From Ophelia neglecta (taxonomy: Eukaryota), in NCBI GenBank assembly GCA_965285935.1, contig OZ260662.1:34658001-34722000 (forward strand): DNA of 64,000 nucleotides, in the 5' to 3' direction. Each line of letters opens with the position of its first letter. Positions within the stretch are counted from its first letter, which is position 1. The position numbers were made by a program, and so were the translations under genes. Shown piece after piece: positions 62,186 through 64,000 of this stretch. The notes under the pieces are model-generated. The model did not search any database. It was not told the DNA's origin and was given only the letters and a program-made list of their open reading frames with translations.

Positions 62186-62551
62186 GTGAGTTACAGTGCC
62201 CCTTTACATGTATAACAAAGAATCTAGCACTCTAAAAGGGACAATAGATAAAATAAAAAACCAAAAGGAAATATATATTTTGCTTGTTCACCTGCTGTGT
62301 ACTATTATACTGTTTGGTGTAGAATGTGAAGGTTAGTAATTGCTACAAGAACCTGGTATGTTTCCTTATCTCTACATCCTAACAATTCTATCTTGTACGG
62401 AATGCACTGAGGAAACCCGGCCTTTCTTCTGAGGCATGTTTTGTGGGACCAATAATCATAAAGAATTTTAATATGCTTGTTTTCCAGTGATTTATCACTA
62501 CTTTACCTCCCAATTCATTATGTCGGTTATGCCCATTTCTCTCGTTTACAG

Positions 62552-62677
62552 GTGCTACTAGCGTACGGAGAGGATTTGCTCCAGTAACAGAATTGAAGCC
62601 TTTAGAAGTGCGCAACATTCTCGGTGAAATCCGCATTGAAAGAACTCGTATTTCATTGGGCGAGGTGCTTATGGAAG
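62552..62677 (+). CDS. RYK: RYK exon 8 (GATSVRRGFAPVTELKPLEVRNILGEIRIERTRISLGEVLME)
   Basis: Acceptor ctcgtttacag|, donor AAG|gtaggt. I.R.RI.L..VL.E leads into kinase subdomain I as in RYK. Confidence 0.92.
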
Positions 62678-63790
62678 GTAGGTATTGTCGTTTGTTGGCC
62701 ACTGTGCCTGACTTATGATTTCATCAAATATTTTATGTCTGACAGTGCAATTTACTATGTAGACTTTTTTGAGTAATGGCTTGGAAAGTGATGAACATAG
62801 CGTCAAGACAGTGGAAAAAAAGGGACTCCATGTGCAATTCTTTGGCTGAAATGAATGATGATCTGGTAGCTGTTCATTTATTATAGGTACAATGTATTTT
62901 CAAAGCCATAAAGACTGTTGATCTATGAATAAAGAAGGCATAACATTTTTTTCTTATATGATTTTTCTTTCTAAAAACTTGAGACTAAATCCATGTGGTC
63001 TCTAGACAGACATCTTTATGGCAGGAAGAAAACAAGCCAATTGTCATTAAGTTTTGTAAACTGCTGGTGGAGGGAAAAAAAGTGTTTGCATTTAGCGTCC
63101 CTCCCACAGAGACGGAGGCTGGTTTGGATTATCTCAGGCTCCCTAGGCTACTCACAACCCTGCATGCCTGGGTTTTTAGAGGCTCTCAGGTGTAACTCAA
63201 GTTTCTATTCCTGGCATAGATTCAAATAAAAAAGAAGCCTGTTGATTTGTTGCGCACCGGTTGGATGTTGACATAACTGTTCTGTATTCCCACGAAGCAC
63301 CATGCAGTCTTGATCCTTAATCTGAGTTGTAAAGCTCAAGATTACAGTCCGAGAAGGAAATTGTTTCAATGTGTTTCCAGATAAAAGGTCTGAGAAAGGT
63401 CAGAAAACTGCAAAAGGTTCTAAACTGTCTTATAAGGTTTAATGTCAGACACCTGTTGTTGAGTAGGATGTCAAAATGGTGATTGGTGAACGATTTACAA
63501 ATTTATAAAACTGCTAAATGTTATGTGCTGGCTGGCAAACAGTTATTACTGCCATTAAACTATATAAAACTGGGTAGTAACTTATCAGATTAACATCAGT
63601 TAATCTTTATGCTCCTTTAACAATCAATCAACTGATTGTTTAAGACAGTAATGTGCTCTTGTTATAAGAAACTCCCTTCAATATTGGATACTTGAGAAAT
63701 TGTTATCGGGTAGTTCCCAGCATGTCAAATATTTCCTTCTATAAGAGTATATACTTTATGGTTGTCAACTGCCAACAGCATTCTTTCTAA

Positions 63791-63804
63791 CCACCAGAGG
63801 GCAG
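63791..63804 (+). promoter_or_regulatory. CTCF-like motif CCACCAGAGGGCAG
   Basis: Full match to the CCASYAGRKGGCRS core consensus. Confidence 0.5.
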
Positions 63805-63847
63805 CCTTTACTCAGTGTCAGTAAAACCAATGCCTTACTACTTTCAG

Positions 63848-63937
63848 GTACATTTGGCAAATTGTATCATGGGACTTTACTATCAGAGGATGAAAATGAA
63901 ATGGAAGAACAAGATGTTTTCATAAAGAGTGTCACTG
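63848..63937 (+). CDS. RYK: RYK exon 9, kinase subdomains I-II (GTFGKLYHGTLLSEDENEMEEQDVFIKSVT); gene continues beyond the window
   Basis: Acceptor ctactttcag|, donor CTG|gtaagt. MEGTFG and VFIK match the RYK-type degenerate glycine loop and VAIK motif. Confidence 0.94.
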
Positions 63938-64000
63938 GTAAGTCACTCCAGGGATTAGTAAGGATTTCAAAACTAAGATTTCATTGTTTGAATTAACCAC

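Overview
Eukaryotic, intron-rich and CpG-depleted animal genomic DNA. It is probably from an invertebrate bilaterian, possibly a mollusc, but the taxon cannot be fixed from sequence alone. Two genes sit head-to-head around a short shared promoter (~4.1-4.45 kb). On the - strand is the 5' half of the spliceosome factor CWC15 (3 coding exons, one with a GC donor; the rest lies left of the window). On the + strand is a RYK/Derailed-type Wnt receptor pseudokinase (9 coding exons, ~349 codons: signal peptide, WIF domain, KRRK site, TM helix and the start of the kinase domain; it continues right of the window). RYK intron 1 is 49,830 nt (4573-54402). The most notable observation is a consensus recursive-splicing ('ratchet') site inside that intron at 33304/33305: branch CTAAC, AG-free U-rich tract, CAG|GTAAGT, followed by a stop-containing RS-exon-like segment. 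Weaker AG|GT sites at 13885, 21950 and 42439 would divide the intron into ~8-12 kb pieces. The window also contains a Mutator-like foldback MITE, a pogo/Tc1-type MITE inserted in a tandem repeat, two degenerate minisatellites, and candidate cis-regulatory modules (tandem DR5 nuclear-receptor array, TCF pair, CTCF sites). Nearly all ORFs in the supplied track are spurious. All coordinates and counts were read by eye.
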